Assembly: GCF_964204645.1 (NCBI RefSeq)
Contig: NC_134029.1
Coordinates: forward strand, 2,604,001 to 2,668,000
Length of the DNA stretch: 64,000 bases
Origin: Tubulanus polymorphus
Lineage: Eukaryota; Animalia; Nemertea
Direction of reading: 5' to 3'
Shown: positions 51,261 through 62,757 of the stretch, in pieces
Numbering within the stretch: the first letter of the stretch is position 1
Layout of the letters: every line of letters starts with the position of its first letter
The notes under the pieces: generated by a model
Databases searched by the model: none
Told to the model about the DNA's origin: nothing
The model's input: the letters and a program-made list of their open reading frames with translations, nothing else
Translations under genes and position numbers: made by a program

Positions 51261-54200
51261 CCTCGGGGATGTTCTTTATCGTATATTGTCACGACGTGTA
51301 TTCACGGCGTTTCATCAAGATTATTAGTATGTTTCAATATTGAGCGGATGTCGCGGGTCCTATACCGGGGGACTGCTGGCTCGACCGATTTCTCCAATAC
51401 GATACACAGTGTTTGTGAAGAGGTATTTTTACCAGATTTACACGGCGGATTATCGCATGTTTGTGGGCTGGTTTTCGTGGGTAATTATAATAAGTTCAAC
51501 AAACACGTACAAAACAGAATCAATTTTTGCCCCGAAGGCACGGTTGACATTCCAACCACCAATACGTGGGACCTCCCCGGGTACGAATCAAACCACGAAC
51601 AAACACAAACAATCCTACGATATATCTATACAAACCTACTATACCGGAAGAAGTCAATGTGTATATTCAAGGGGTTATAATTTCCTCAAAATCTTTGTAC
51701 TTTTAATTGAAATTCTAGTGCACATTCAGTAGTGACAAGTAAAGAGGCTCAGAATTGAACTTCCGTTGGCTTTACCTTGAAACGGGATGAAGAAGGTGAC
51801 CATAATCTATTCATGTATTTACGAGGATATGAAACTCTTATTGTGTGGCAGGTATAAGAGTTATAAGTGTAATCTTGACTAATCATCTCTCAGAATGTAT
51901 GGACATTATGAAGTACATTGCTACTGAGAAACGAGACTTTTACGAAATTTAAATTTATTTCATTTAAAAAATGCGTCAACGCACGTTATTATTCTTGATC
52001 GATCTAATTTGCGTTCAATTGTGATAAGTATTATAATGTATATGGGTAGTATTTATACAGCAATTACTTGATGACAGGGTATTCTGTCCGATTTATAAAA
52101 TAAGAACACCTGGAAACAACGTCAATTAGCAAATCTACCAGTTAGGAAATGGAGTGAAGGGCTTCAGGATCTGTGAATGGATGGAGCGAAGAGGGACATA
52201 ATACATTACATAATACTGATGGAACTTTATGAAATGGAAATCAATCTTTGACACCAGCACTTTGGTGGACTTGAATTCTCATAAAAGTTCTTCAAATCCT
52301 TGTGTCAAAAGTTGCAAGCTTAAATCACTGAATGAATATACGTTAGCAATTTGCTCAGTGCTCCGGTAACTCCGACGAGCTATCAATATCAGGTGTGATA
52401 GTCGTGTACGGTGCTAGGGGCAGCTATTACTGAGTAAATTCTCCGTCGTCGTGTCGACTGATTGACTATAAATCAAGTGTTTATTTACCAAGTCTTCAGA
52501 ATACAGGAAGATGCCATCATTTGTAAATTGTCTATTCGGTCGAGAAAAAGAGAGTCGTCGAAATTTTGCGGAGGTGCTGTAAGCGAAATGAAATTAGCAT
52601 ATCGAACAAGAGGCGAAAATCAGTTCTTTACGAGATAAATTATCGTATGAAATGAACTAAGAGAGAGAAACTGAGAAGATGTTCGCTATTACTTAACTCT
52701 AAACATTTATTTCCACTCAGACGAAAACCTCCTATACAAGATACGTATTTGATTTTAAGAATACGTTCACGCGCGCCATTTTTAATCGATCTAATTTGCA
52801 TATTAAACAATAACATGTATACACACGTACACATGGATATTGTTTATTAAAGTTATCGAAATGAAGCTACCCTAGATATATCATTAATATGGGATTGCGT
52901 GTTCAGGGATTCGTGTCTGCTATCTGTAACCGATCTGTCGTATTTACAGTTGATATCTGAAAAATCTAATGAGTTTTTCTAATGACCAGAATGTGTATTG
53001 TCGGTTTTTGAACGCCGTCTAAGCGATTTCCTGGCCCCGAGCACAGCGTACGCCGTATATACATATACACCCACAGCACGATTCGTCGTTGTGACGAGTA
53101 GGTTACGTGCAGTTATTTTTTGTACGGATCCCGCAGAACATGTGACGTCATATAAGCGTTGTTCAGATCGAGTCGTTTAATTAACTGTCGTGTAACGCGG
53201 TAAAAACGTGTCATTCAACGTTTTGTATTGCGCTAATGAGACGGCGATACTGTTCATACCGGTTGCAAGACGAGACGAGTATTTGCCAGTGGTGTACAAA
53301 CGTGTTTACAAAGACGTGTGTCTCACTTCCGCCTTAACGTTACCCGAATAATAGGCCTGCAACCCCTACCCATCTCCCAGCTCATTAAGTTTCAATCATA
53401 CCCAGATAAGCGTCACAGCAAACGGAAGTACATCGCGTGTCGCTTGCCTGCTTCTAATGGAATGCGTTAGCGGTTTTTGAAGTGTGTTTTTTGATTGAAT
53501 TACGAACAAAATATTTTCGATGTCGCCATCGACTCGATACGAGGAACGACGCCTCGTTGTTACTGTTCGCCGATGTTATATCATCGTTATTATCATTATC
53601 TACGCTTTAGGCGTCTCGCAGCAGCGAACTATACGACGGCGCCATTTATCTCGAAAAAAGACAAGTCTGGTAGATTATGACGCGTAGATGGCTAGAGGGC
53701 TGCCCTTACAGGCTTCGTTAACATCTCCTCGGCAATAATACCGAATCGTACCGTTACAGATAACCAAATCTGCCGTCAAGTCGATGGACTGCATGATAAG
53801 TAACTCCTGGGACTTATTTAGCATTCAATATTTGACTGCGCCGAGGGTAATAGGGTTACATTAAACGGAACATCTCCAATTATATAAACTAACAAAACTA
53901 CCGGAAATCAATCCAACATTGCCGACGTCAATTGTTCTATGACGATTTGGGGCCGATTTGTCAACGTAACCGACATCGATCTGCTGCCGAGGATCTTCAC
54001 AGCGCTACTGCAGCAGCTACTGATGATGATTTCTACCTGCAGGCTATATCGTTGATTTGCCTGGTAGATTAAGTTTGATTTTGCAAGACGAAAGAAGAAA
54101 AAGAAGGAACCAGACGAAGTTTTAATCTTCGGAGAGTTTTTATTCGTCAGTAAATGATTCCCTATCTGCTCGTTATCGCTACACGCGGCAATCAACGAAT

Positions 54201-54358
54201 ATATTGACATTTTTTCTTGACCAGAAACTTTTTTCCGCGTCTCTATCGACTACGCGTGGAGATACTGCCAATACAGCGTTGAGCAAGTCATTGCGGAGTT
54301 AGACGAAGGGGACTAAAGGTAGAAACTTATAAATTGAAATCCGCCTTACAGCGAACTG

Positions 54359-54430
54359 GCCGTGATCGTCTAGAGGTTAGGACATTGCGTTGTGGCCGCA
54401 ATAACCCAGGTTCGAATCCTGGTCACGGCA
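54359..54430 (+). tRNA. tRNA-His-GTG: tRNA-His (anticodon GUG)
   Basis: Full cloverleaf: acceptor GCCGTGA/TCACGGC, anticodon stem TTGCG/CGCAA with loop TTGTGGC, T arm CCAGG-TTCGAAT-CCTGG, A73. TTTT terminator at 54435-54438 and TATAAA at 54328-54333. Confidence 0.97.
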
Positions 54431-54605
54431 TACATTTTATATTTCCATGATAAGACCGATCGATATATTTTGATGGAAATACATTTTATATTTCCATGAT
54501 TAGACAGATCATTATATTCTAGTGACATCTTGCAAACAAGTAGATTACAAATTTCTTAATATGAAATGATACAACTGTGTACAAAAATGTATTCTCACAT
54601 GAACC

Positions 54606-54944
54606 CATCCTCCCCCGGCAGGGATTCGAACCTGATGGCATCGAGATTGCCACGGCACGAAACCCTGCCATAATCGACCGTGTGCGCAGATACATGCGCA
54701 GTTCAGATGATGTGATTTTTAGCCAATCAGAAATCCCGTTTTATTTTAGCCCGGGTTTTCCCATTTATAGTTCTTCCTTGAAATTTGCCTCAACGATTAT
54801 ACAACGAGCAATCTGATTGGTGCCGCCAGTTTTCGTTCGGAAAGCTGCGCATGTACCTGCGCACCCGGTCTACTGATGCAGGGGTTCGTGCCGTGGCTGA
54901 GTGTAGCGATGCCATCAGGTTCGAGTCCCTGCAGAGGGAGGATG
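54606..54944. repeat. Diverged inverted pair (~130 bp arms: 54606-54731 and 54811-54944), each with a B-box
   Basis: CATCCTCCC.CGGCAGGGATTCGAACCTGATGGCATCG...GCCACGGCACGAA...TGCGCAGATACATGCGCAG...CCAATCAG is mirrored in reverse complement on the right arm. Confidence 0.85.
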
Positions 54945-55462
54945 ACATGAACCAGGGATTGTATTAAACGGCATTCACTCAGCACTGTACTAAACAACTT
55001 AACGTGTGTAATCCGCAGCTAAAGACAACAAGATGTTCTACTATTCCAAATCCCAGATCAATTTCTTTGATGTTTGCCTTTACGCATGTCAATTGGACAA
55101 GGGGTAAGTTTAACGTCCCTTGTGGTCTAATTAACTTGTGTATAGACTGCTTTGATTTGTGTTGTAGACTGTTTTCTCATTTGTTTAAGATTCAAGGCAT
55201 ATTTTGCAGATGCTGATTGTAAATAGACTTTATCCGGTAGTCAAAGGAATTTGTTGATTAGTTTAAGAGTTGGCGACCGATGACAAAGTCTCAGAAGATG
55301 TTACGAGCACCGGAGATTTCAGTTTTTATTTCTGGACTCAATAAAGACCTACTCCGGCCTTTTTATACGTGGCCGGGCCCGGTGAGTCCTGTTGACTAAA
55401 AACAACGACTTTCATTTATCGATACAGATAAAAAGAGGAGGGACACTTTTATTTATGCCGTA

Positions 55463-55583
55463 GTCACGTGACTGTCCGCCATTAATCATGACGCAAATGA
55501 CGCGTCGCCATAATGTCTCCACTTCCGGTCTACGTATAAAAACCATTTTAACTTCCGGTAACGTAGACTAGCGATCTATAAAA
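55463..55583 (+). promoter_or_regulatory. Housekeeping-type Pol II promoter cluster; orientation inferred
   Basis: Palindromic GTCACGTGAC (USF/TFEB CLEAR box) 55463-55472, two TGACGC half-CREs, two CGCCAT, ETS sites ACTTCCGG at 55521 and 55551, TATAAAA at 55535 and 55577. Confidence 0.6.
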
Positions 55584-55991
55584 CCCGCAATTGTTTGTCT
55601 AACAGCATCTCGCAGAGGCGGGAAACAGCTTATACATGATTTAGATTAAATATTGAAGAGACTGTAGATATTTACGAAGACGAATGGAGTCGTTTACAGA
55701 GCTGTAGTTTCCGATCGCTCTTGATATCAGGATGTACCTCAATCACTGATTACAGGACTTAGATTGCTGCTTCCCCTTCACCGATGGAAGTGAGATAAGG
55801 ACTTGCTAGACATTTGGACCAGTTAACCCATGTACGTACGTATAAACTAGTGTTCTAACTCTAGTTTATTCGCACGTTTTAAATCTCAGGACCAAAGTTA
55901 GTTGAACTTGAAATTACGATAACGATTACGATTACGATTTTGTTTACACTCCAACCATTTCCATGGTATATGGAATGTTTCGTGTAGGTCC

Positions 55992-56004
55992 CGCCATCTG
56001 GTGG
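55992..56004 (-). promoter_or_regulatory. CTCF-like motif, reverse orientation
   Basis: Reverse complement CCACCAGATGGCG is a near-consensus CTCF core. Motif match only. Confidence 0.45.
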
Positions 56005-58288
56005 ACAGCGGACGTGACAAACGCTTCGATTATTAGTTATCGATGGTCACACAGACTTATCAACAGTCTGTTTATCATCCACACCTTGATTCGTTTATAA
56101 GACCGAATTGTTGTATATATTCCGGCGGGCTGCACACTCACTGAGAGTTACATCGACTGATGTTGTCTCGAAGCCGTTTCATTAACGAACTGATTACGAC
56201 ACATATCGCAGACGGACATCAAATCTGGCTTGGTTTCCGTTTATACTGCGTGTACAAAGTATTTTCAAACACATCAGTAATAAGGTAGATAATTACTGCT
56301 AGCCGATGGTAACTTCGGCAGTTTCCGAGCGTGCTAACTCGCGTTCGGTTGTGACTCATTAAATCTGTTATCGTTCGCGTTCGATTGGGTCCATCACGAT
56401 ACCGCACTTCCGGTACGGACAATAGCCACGTGGTGCGTTTTGAATCTAACGACTGATCCGCTCAGCCCGAGGAACTTATCAATTTGCATGAATTTTTCAT
56501 GGGTTTAAGTAGATTTTCACACGTAAGATGTACATTGCTTTGACAGTTTGTCATCCATCAAGTTGAGCGCTGTTTTTGGTCGTGTTTGCATGTTTATAGT
56601 TAATGAATCAGTTAACAAACGTTCACTAGGAGCAGGTGACACAACACCAGCAATGGCGACGGCAGCGACGGTGACAGCACTGTGTGTTCATAGAGATATA
56701 TATCTCGTGTGTTCTTGACACCGAGTAATCTGTTTTCACAACAGGCTCGAATCATCTGAAAACTTCAATTCATCTCTGATTTATTGAACACTTAGTTTAA
56801 TGGAACGATATAGTAACGATTAATGAGATTTTTCATGCTATCTACAGATTTAGATAGCTTCTTTTTCATCTGCCCATTCGAAAGTCGCGCGAAGCCTCGT
56901 CATAATTATCTAGACAATTTTCCAGTTTAGTTTGATAAATGTCAAGAAGTCAAGAATTTAAGAAGACTGATTGGCGTGAAGTTGAGGGAACCGAACATAC
57001 ACAGAAATGCGAGTCCTATAGGCATCAATATTGACGTGACGTCAAAACGGGGCATACTGGCCGTCGAGCGCAAGTGACTAACTGAAGTGAAAAGTCGCAG
57101 TTGGTGGCCATTTGACGGCCAATGACGCATTTGAATGATATTTTGAGTAACCAGAGATGCGAGAGAGCCTCTTACGTGGGGTATCAGTCACTCGGAAGGC
57201 GAAATCCAAGGTGTTAATGCAAAGAGCTATTCTACAGGATGCCAACTAATCGAAAGGATGTACAGTTATGCCATACCATTAAAAGATTTAGAAACCCACT
57301 GATATATTCTTCTTTTCATTTATCTTCTAGATATCTCCGAATTTTCTCTATGATTTATCTATTGATTTTAAGTTCCGAATCAATATTGACAGGAAATTGA
57401 GGCCCAGCTATAATTATACGGCCTCGTGTGGTCAAGATACAGAGTTAACCACACGACCATAATAGATATAGGATTTATACGACAAAGTGGTAAATTCTAA
57501 AGGAATCTGTGAGACAAATACAATCCAAATAGGAAATCGAATCGTAAATGAAAATGCGGATAAACAAAGACACGGCGTCTTCATCGGTATTAAACACATC
57601 CAACACGCTTCATCATTAATTTTCAATCATTCTCTTTCATAACCTTAACGACTTACATACACAGACATTAAACTAAACCCGTCGTGAAATGCATGTCTCC
57701 GTTCGTTAATGGGGTTTGCTGTCAAGTTGCTCGTGTCATCGACGAAGAACCGAATTGACATCAATTCTGTTTTAAGATAGATCGGTTTCGGCAAACACAT
57801 GCAAAGCTGCATTTAAATTTCAACAAACGTGGCTCGTAAAACTCATTACAGTTTAATTAATTCTGACCCGTGGTATAGTTTTAATTCCATTAAGCCATTA
57901 TACCCCACGCAATGTTACAATTTCGTTGATTTCTCCGATAGACAGGGGCTGTTGCGGTTTTGCGGTGCGCCATCGCTTAGCTAAAACGGAAACAATAGCC
58001 AACACGCTCACAGATCCACCTGCCGCGGATGACGAGCTGTCCAAATAAAATAAATGATTCGATTTAAAAAAATATTAATTGTATCCATCAGAAAGTATTC
58101 GGATTTTAGCAATTCACGTTGGGAATTGATACAACATTGGACATGCCCAAATATGGGAATGGCACGAGCCAAAGTTATATATTTTTTAATGGATATATTT
58201 TGATCCTGGTCGAGCTCTTTGAACAAATGCTGACAGAATTGAAATTCTTGTAATCAGAAAATTAGAGATAATAGGGTATTTGGCAATC

Positions 58289-58337
58289 AGTCACCTCACT
58301 AGACTAGTCACCTCACCAGACTGGTCACTTCACTGAC
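58289..58337. repeat. 17-bp tandem repeat, ~3 copies
   Basis: AGTCACCTCACTAGACT / AGTCACCTCACCAGACT / GGTCACTTCACTGAC. Confidence 0.85.
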
Positions 58338-58551
58338 AATCTATAACGAATTAACTAATTCTTTATGACCAAACAAATTCAACCGCCTCTAATCGGCGGC
58401 ATAGTGGTTGGTGCACTGGGTTTGACTATTGCAATTTTGGAATTACGAGCTAGTATTGCTTTCCCGAAGTACTATATTATACGTGCCTTTCGGTGAAAAA
58501 TGTCAATTTTGAAATAAAGAACTGCCATTGACATTTTTGCTCCTGACTTAC

Positions 58552-58671
58552 CCCGCCATTGGAGGGATTCGAACCTGGTTGCGTCAGCTCCGTGTTCGGA
58601 TGACGACGGCGCTGTAGACGATGATGGGGGCGATGAAATGAACAACAGAAATTTTGAATACGCCGATTACA
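58552..58671 (-). other. Candidate 120-bp internal exon of an unidentified minus-strand transcript
   Basis: Strong acceptor ttcattctcattatttgcag| and donor GG|GTAAGT; one open frame; no recognisable homology. Confidence 0.35.
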
Positions 58672-61600
58672 CTGCAAATAATGAGAATGAAGCATTTTCT
58701 ATTTGCTTAATGTTTTTATCATGATTGAAGTTTTGTGAAATAAACGGTTAATTATTCAGCGACTTCAGACTGCGCGCTCAACGTTTGAACATTAACAAAC
58801 ATATTACAAACTTTTATAAGTTAATTACTCATTCTGTTTGTGATAGGAATGAGAGGTTTTGAAGTCTTCAAGTAAATTGCGTCGTTATCATGTCTCAACT
58901 GAAGATGCCTTTCAAGTCGTGGAGTTTACCCGTTGGAGTGTGTTAAAGACACGAGTCGTAATTAGCAGTACAACAAATCGCAAACAGAGACTGTGTCTAT
59001 CCGCTCTACCGCAGCAAACAGAGCCTGACGTATTTACCGCAGTCGGCTTCGATCTATATGTAAAAACAGCTCATGTTTGAATAATCTCTTTAAGGAGACT
59101 TTCATGTTTCTTTAGAGAAGAAATTACGCGTCGGTGGATGTCGGAATCTTTCTTAGTTACCTACGTCATGGGGTACACGCCAACGCGGGGGGGGGACAGA
59201 ATGGGCTTGGAATTTTTCATTCCAGGTAGAAATTTGCCTGCGTACAGCTATATTACGAAAAGGTCATTTGAGATTCGGTCTACAAAAGGATTTCTTATAA
59301 TTTCTTATTGATTTTTGATAATATCCAAGATATACATAAACACTTGGAATTGTTTGTCCGGCTTACAGCCCTGTATGGACATATTACTTTGTGTCTGTCG
59401 TGATAAGACAAAAGAGTGTACATGCCTAGAGATGCTAGATACAGATTGTGACAATGCAAACATCTCTAATTCATAATCACTTGTTAGAATTGCTTTGTCC
59501 GAGTGGGTTATTATTAATCGAAGCAACATGGCGTCTTCGACGGCAAATGATTATTCATGTTTTTCTATTTGCACGCAACGGACGATTGATACTTACTAAG
59601 ATTCACCGCCCAGAAAGATGGTGGCTATAGTCGTATGTATAAACATTACCGGAACAATACGGACCGTTATCATGTCATCAGAATAAACCATTGGAATGTA
59701 TTGAATTATAAACAACGTTTTCTTCAACTCACACGCTATAATGACGACCCGGAAAGCGGTTGGGTTTTGAATAATTGAGTATTGATTTTACCTTAAAAGC
59801 AATAGAATGATCATCGGACATGAATTCTTAAAACTATGGAGGGTTTAATTGTTTAAATCATTCGTTAACATCTTCCAGGGAGTTGTTAATTGTAACCAGT
59901 ACAGAGGAAGCTGAGAAAGCGAAAATGAAATTTCACAGGTTTTGAATATTCGCACCTGCATAGATTTGAGGTACGAGATTAGAGACCGGAGTAAGTCTGA
60001 CTTTTAAGTTGAACTACGAAACTCTGGACACACCATCGATCTTAACTTGCGATTCGTCTTTGCCTGGTATACGTGGACCTGCACCAAAGGCTCCTTTGAA
60101 TTCTAATGCTGAAATTATGACTAACACTTTGTCTGTTTACGGCAAACCTCTGACAACTCATCACTGCGCTGCACTTCAAGTGGTCCAGGGATTTACCCCA
60201 ACGTGTGAATTAATTTCCTTTTGCTGGTTAGAAATCTTTTTCTTCTGTGTGCAATCTTTGAAATTGTAATCAGATCTTGTGGATAATTCGGAATATCTAG
60301 TGTGTATGTGTTGTGATGTGTATTTCCTGTAGGTAACGCCGTCTCACAATAGTAAGACGGATGTCTCTTGTTGGGTGTCGAAGATCGAATCAGATCATCT
60401 AAAAGTCAGAGACCGCCATATCGATCCGAAACGAAGAACGATCAATGCGTCCTCTCCACTGCAAAATATTTACAAAGATGTTTCAAACGACTGCAAAACG
60501 GCCCGATATGCAAAGATCGGGCTTTAACGCTATTCGCATCAACCGAGTCGTGATAAATTAGAAAAGAATGTTTTCTCAATAAGCCATTGATATGAATTGA
60601 GTCGATACTAAGTGATCTTTTCTAACAAGAAACTTTGTTACAGGTTCTGTAGTGCTAATTGACTGTGTATTGAGATTCGTTGGAATGGAAGTAACGACTG
60701 TCTTCAGATCGCGGTGAGATATCCGTTTTTATCGCGCGCCAGCATGCAGTTATACCGGAAGTGATGATCCGAACGCGGCCCAATTTGCTCCCGGTCGTTA
60801 TTATACGTTACCAAAAACATTGACGCCTTTAATTCCTAATCACTGACAATTCATGTAACTAAACAGAAGATGCGGCGGTAAACAAGAGCCGCGGCTCGGT
60901 CGGGGTATCGTTAATTATACAGATCCTTCTCCCGATGTCGCTTCGTTATTTTACCGACAAGACAATAGCTAAAGTGGATATCATTGTGGTCAAAACCGAT
61001 GGCATCTTATTAACGTTAAAATGGCTTCTATTGTACGATACATCGTTAGCGGCTTATAACGTATCAATAAGAAATCAGACAAACAAAGAATCAACCTCCG
61101 ACTCTCGTGTGCGATGCACGTATTAATTGTCATCGACGTCAATAATTAGTAACCTGTATTACTCCTAATGTAGAATCTTACTGTTTCATCTCTGCATCTC
61201 CAGATCAGTGAACAATGACAACAATTCATTAAATAGGACAACACGTTATTGTCTGTCGGAGTGTCGGCACATGTCGACAGGTGATCGCCCATCCATAGTC
61301 GCACTTTCCTAACTACCTACTCGTCAAATTATCGGTACTAGAATGGGTATGAAGGTGCGTTCGGACCCACCTGGTAGGATCGCGTGAGTTATCCAGACTA
61401 TAATGTATGTTCTATGATGGCAGATGCGTTTGCAAGTTTACGGAGCTGTAATGTAATATGTATATACGTATGGTTCCTATGAAACTGTGTTTGGTTTATA
61501 TTGAAAATGGTAAATGATTTGCCCAATTTTGTGTACCGTATGACTGATCCAATCATATGCATTATGCCGAAATCTTGCAATTTGGCTAGATCTAGTTCCA

Positions 61601-62576
61601 CGTTGTTTCGTGGATGGGTCTGACTTTTTGACGTTCGTGAACTAAATCAATTAAGCAGTTTTTACAAATTACAATAGAAAGAATCTTATAAAATAATAAA
61701 TTTAACATGAATAATCAACTTTATTTGAGATATTTTTGTAAATCCAAGATGAATTTATCTGCACACGTGTATGGCTATAAGAAACAATGCGATGCATTCG
61801 ATCTCATTATCATCACTACTTATCATAAAACTTTATTTTTCAAGGCGCCTGGACGTCCTTGCAATTGTACAGCCTTAACAGGCTCTGTTCAGGCCTATCA
61901 TCAATCTACTAATTTCGGCATTCCATGTATTCCTTTTGTAATTTGGTATTCATTTTAATTGCTGATGACATAAATATCATCATCATCATCATTATTATAT
62001 TATGCGACTTAACTTTATTCTACATTCTACATACAGCGTGTGATTAGATACGACGATGAAATTTACTTCACTCTAACCATGCTCAGTGGTTCATAGACGA
62101 TCTTACAGGATTTACAAACGGAAAAGTAACAATACACCTGCGGCCAAAGCAACGCCAGCGAGCGATATTAGTGAGAACTAGTGAAGAATCTTGTCCAATC
62201 AGGCGACATCTGGCAGAATATCGACGCATGAAATTGACTACGTACGCATTGGAAATAATAGAAACGATCAACCTTTTTCTCTCAACTTAACTTACTCCAT
62301 ATTTACACAAAACATTTAAAAAAAAATGTCATTAATACAGCATTAGTTTAGCCTTTGTTGGCTAATAATTCATCGACGAATATTCGCTGTTTCACTGTAC
62401 AAAGTACAAAGTTTTTAAACTTCGAACCCGAGTCCAAAAGCTATCTCTAGTAACGACATTCTCATTGATTCGTCATTTGAATCTTATATATACTATATGC
62501 AGATCTGAATCGAACAGAAATACGATTGTAAATAGATCTGAAATAAGAAACAAGTTTAAGAAAAAGGATTTAGACG

Positions 62577-62757
62577 ATGCTGCCGTTTCGTCAGACCAAA
62601 CAGCAGTCTTCTAGTTCCGGTGTAATAGCGAGCACATCGCGCGCTGAGAATAAATCCTCGCCTACCAGGGGAGGTGCACTGCCGTATACCAACATGGATC
62701 GGACACCGTCTAATTCCGCGGATAGTGAACGCAAACCACATATCTGCTGGTATTCAG
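62577..62757 (+). CDS. Candidate first coding exon of an unidentified gene continuing beyond the window
   Basis: ATG-initiated Ser-rich frame MLPFRQTKQQSSSSG...ERKPHICWYS ending at a consensus donor CAG|GTAAGT. Possible acceptor tatgcag| at 62502. Confidence 0.4.

Noticed and set aside
51287-51737. Possible solo LTR (TGTCAC...GTGACA) and ORFs 51246-51732
   Set aside because: No target-site duplication, no second copy in the window, and no retroelement motifs in the ORFs.
53908-54210. Coding-looking stretch upstream of the tRNA
   Set aside because: Short frames ending in stops, with no recognisable family or consistent splice sites.
54880-54935. Second tRNA gene in the right inverted arm
   Set aside because: A- and B-box-like words are present, but the spacing is too short and no cloverleaf or anticodon arm forms.
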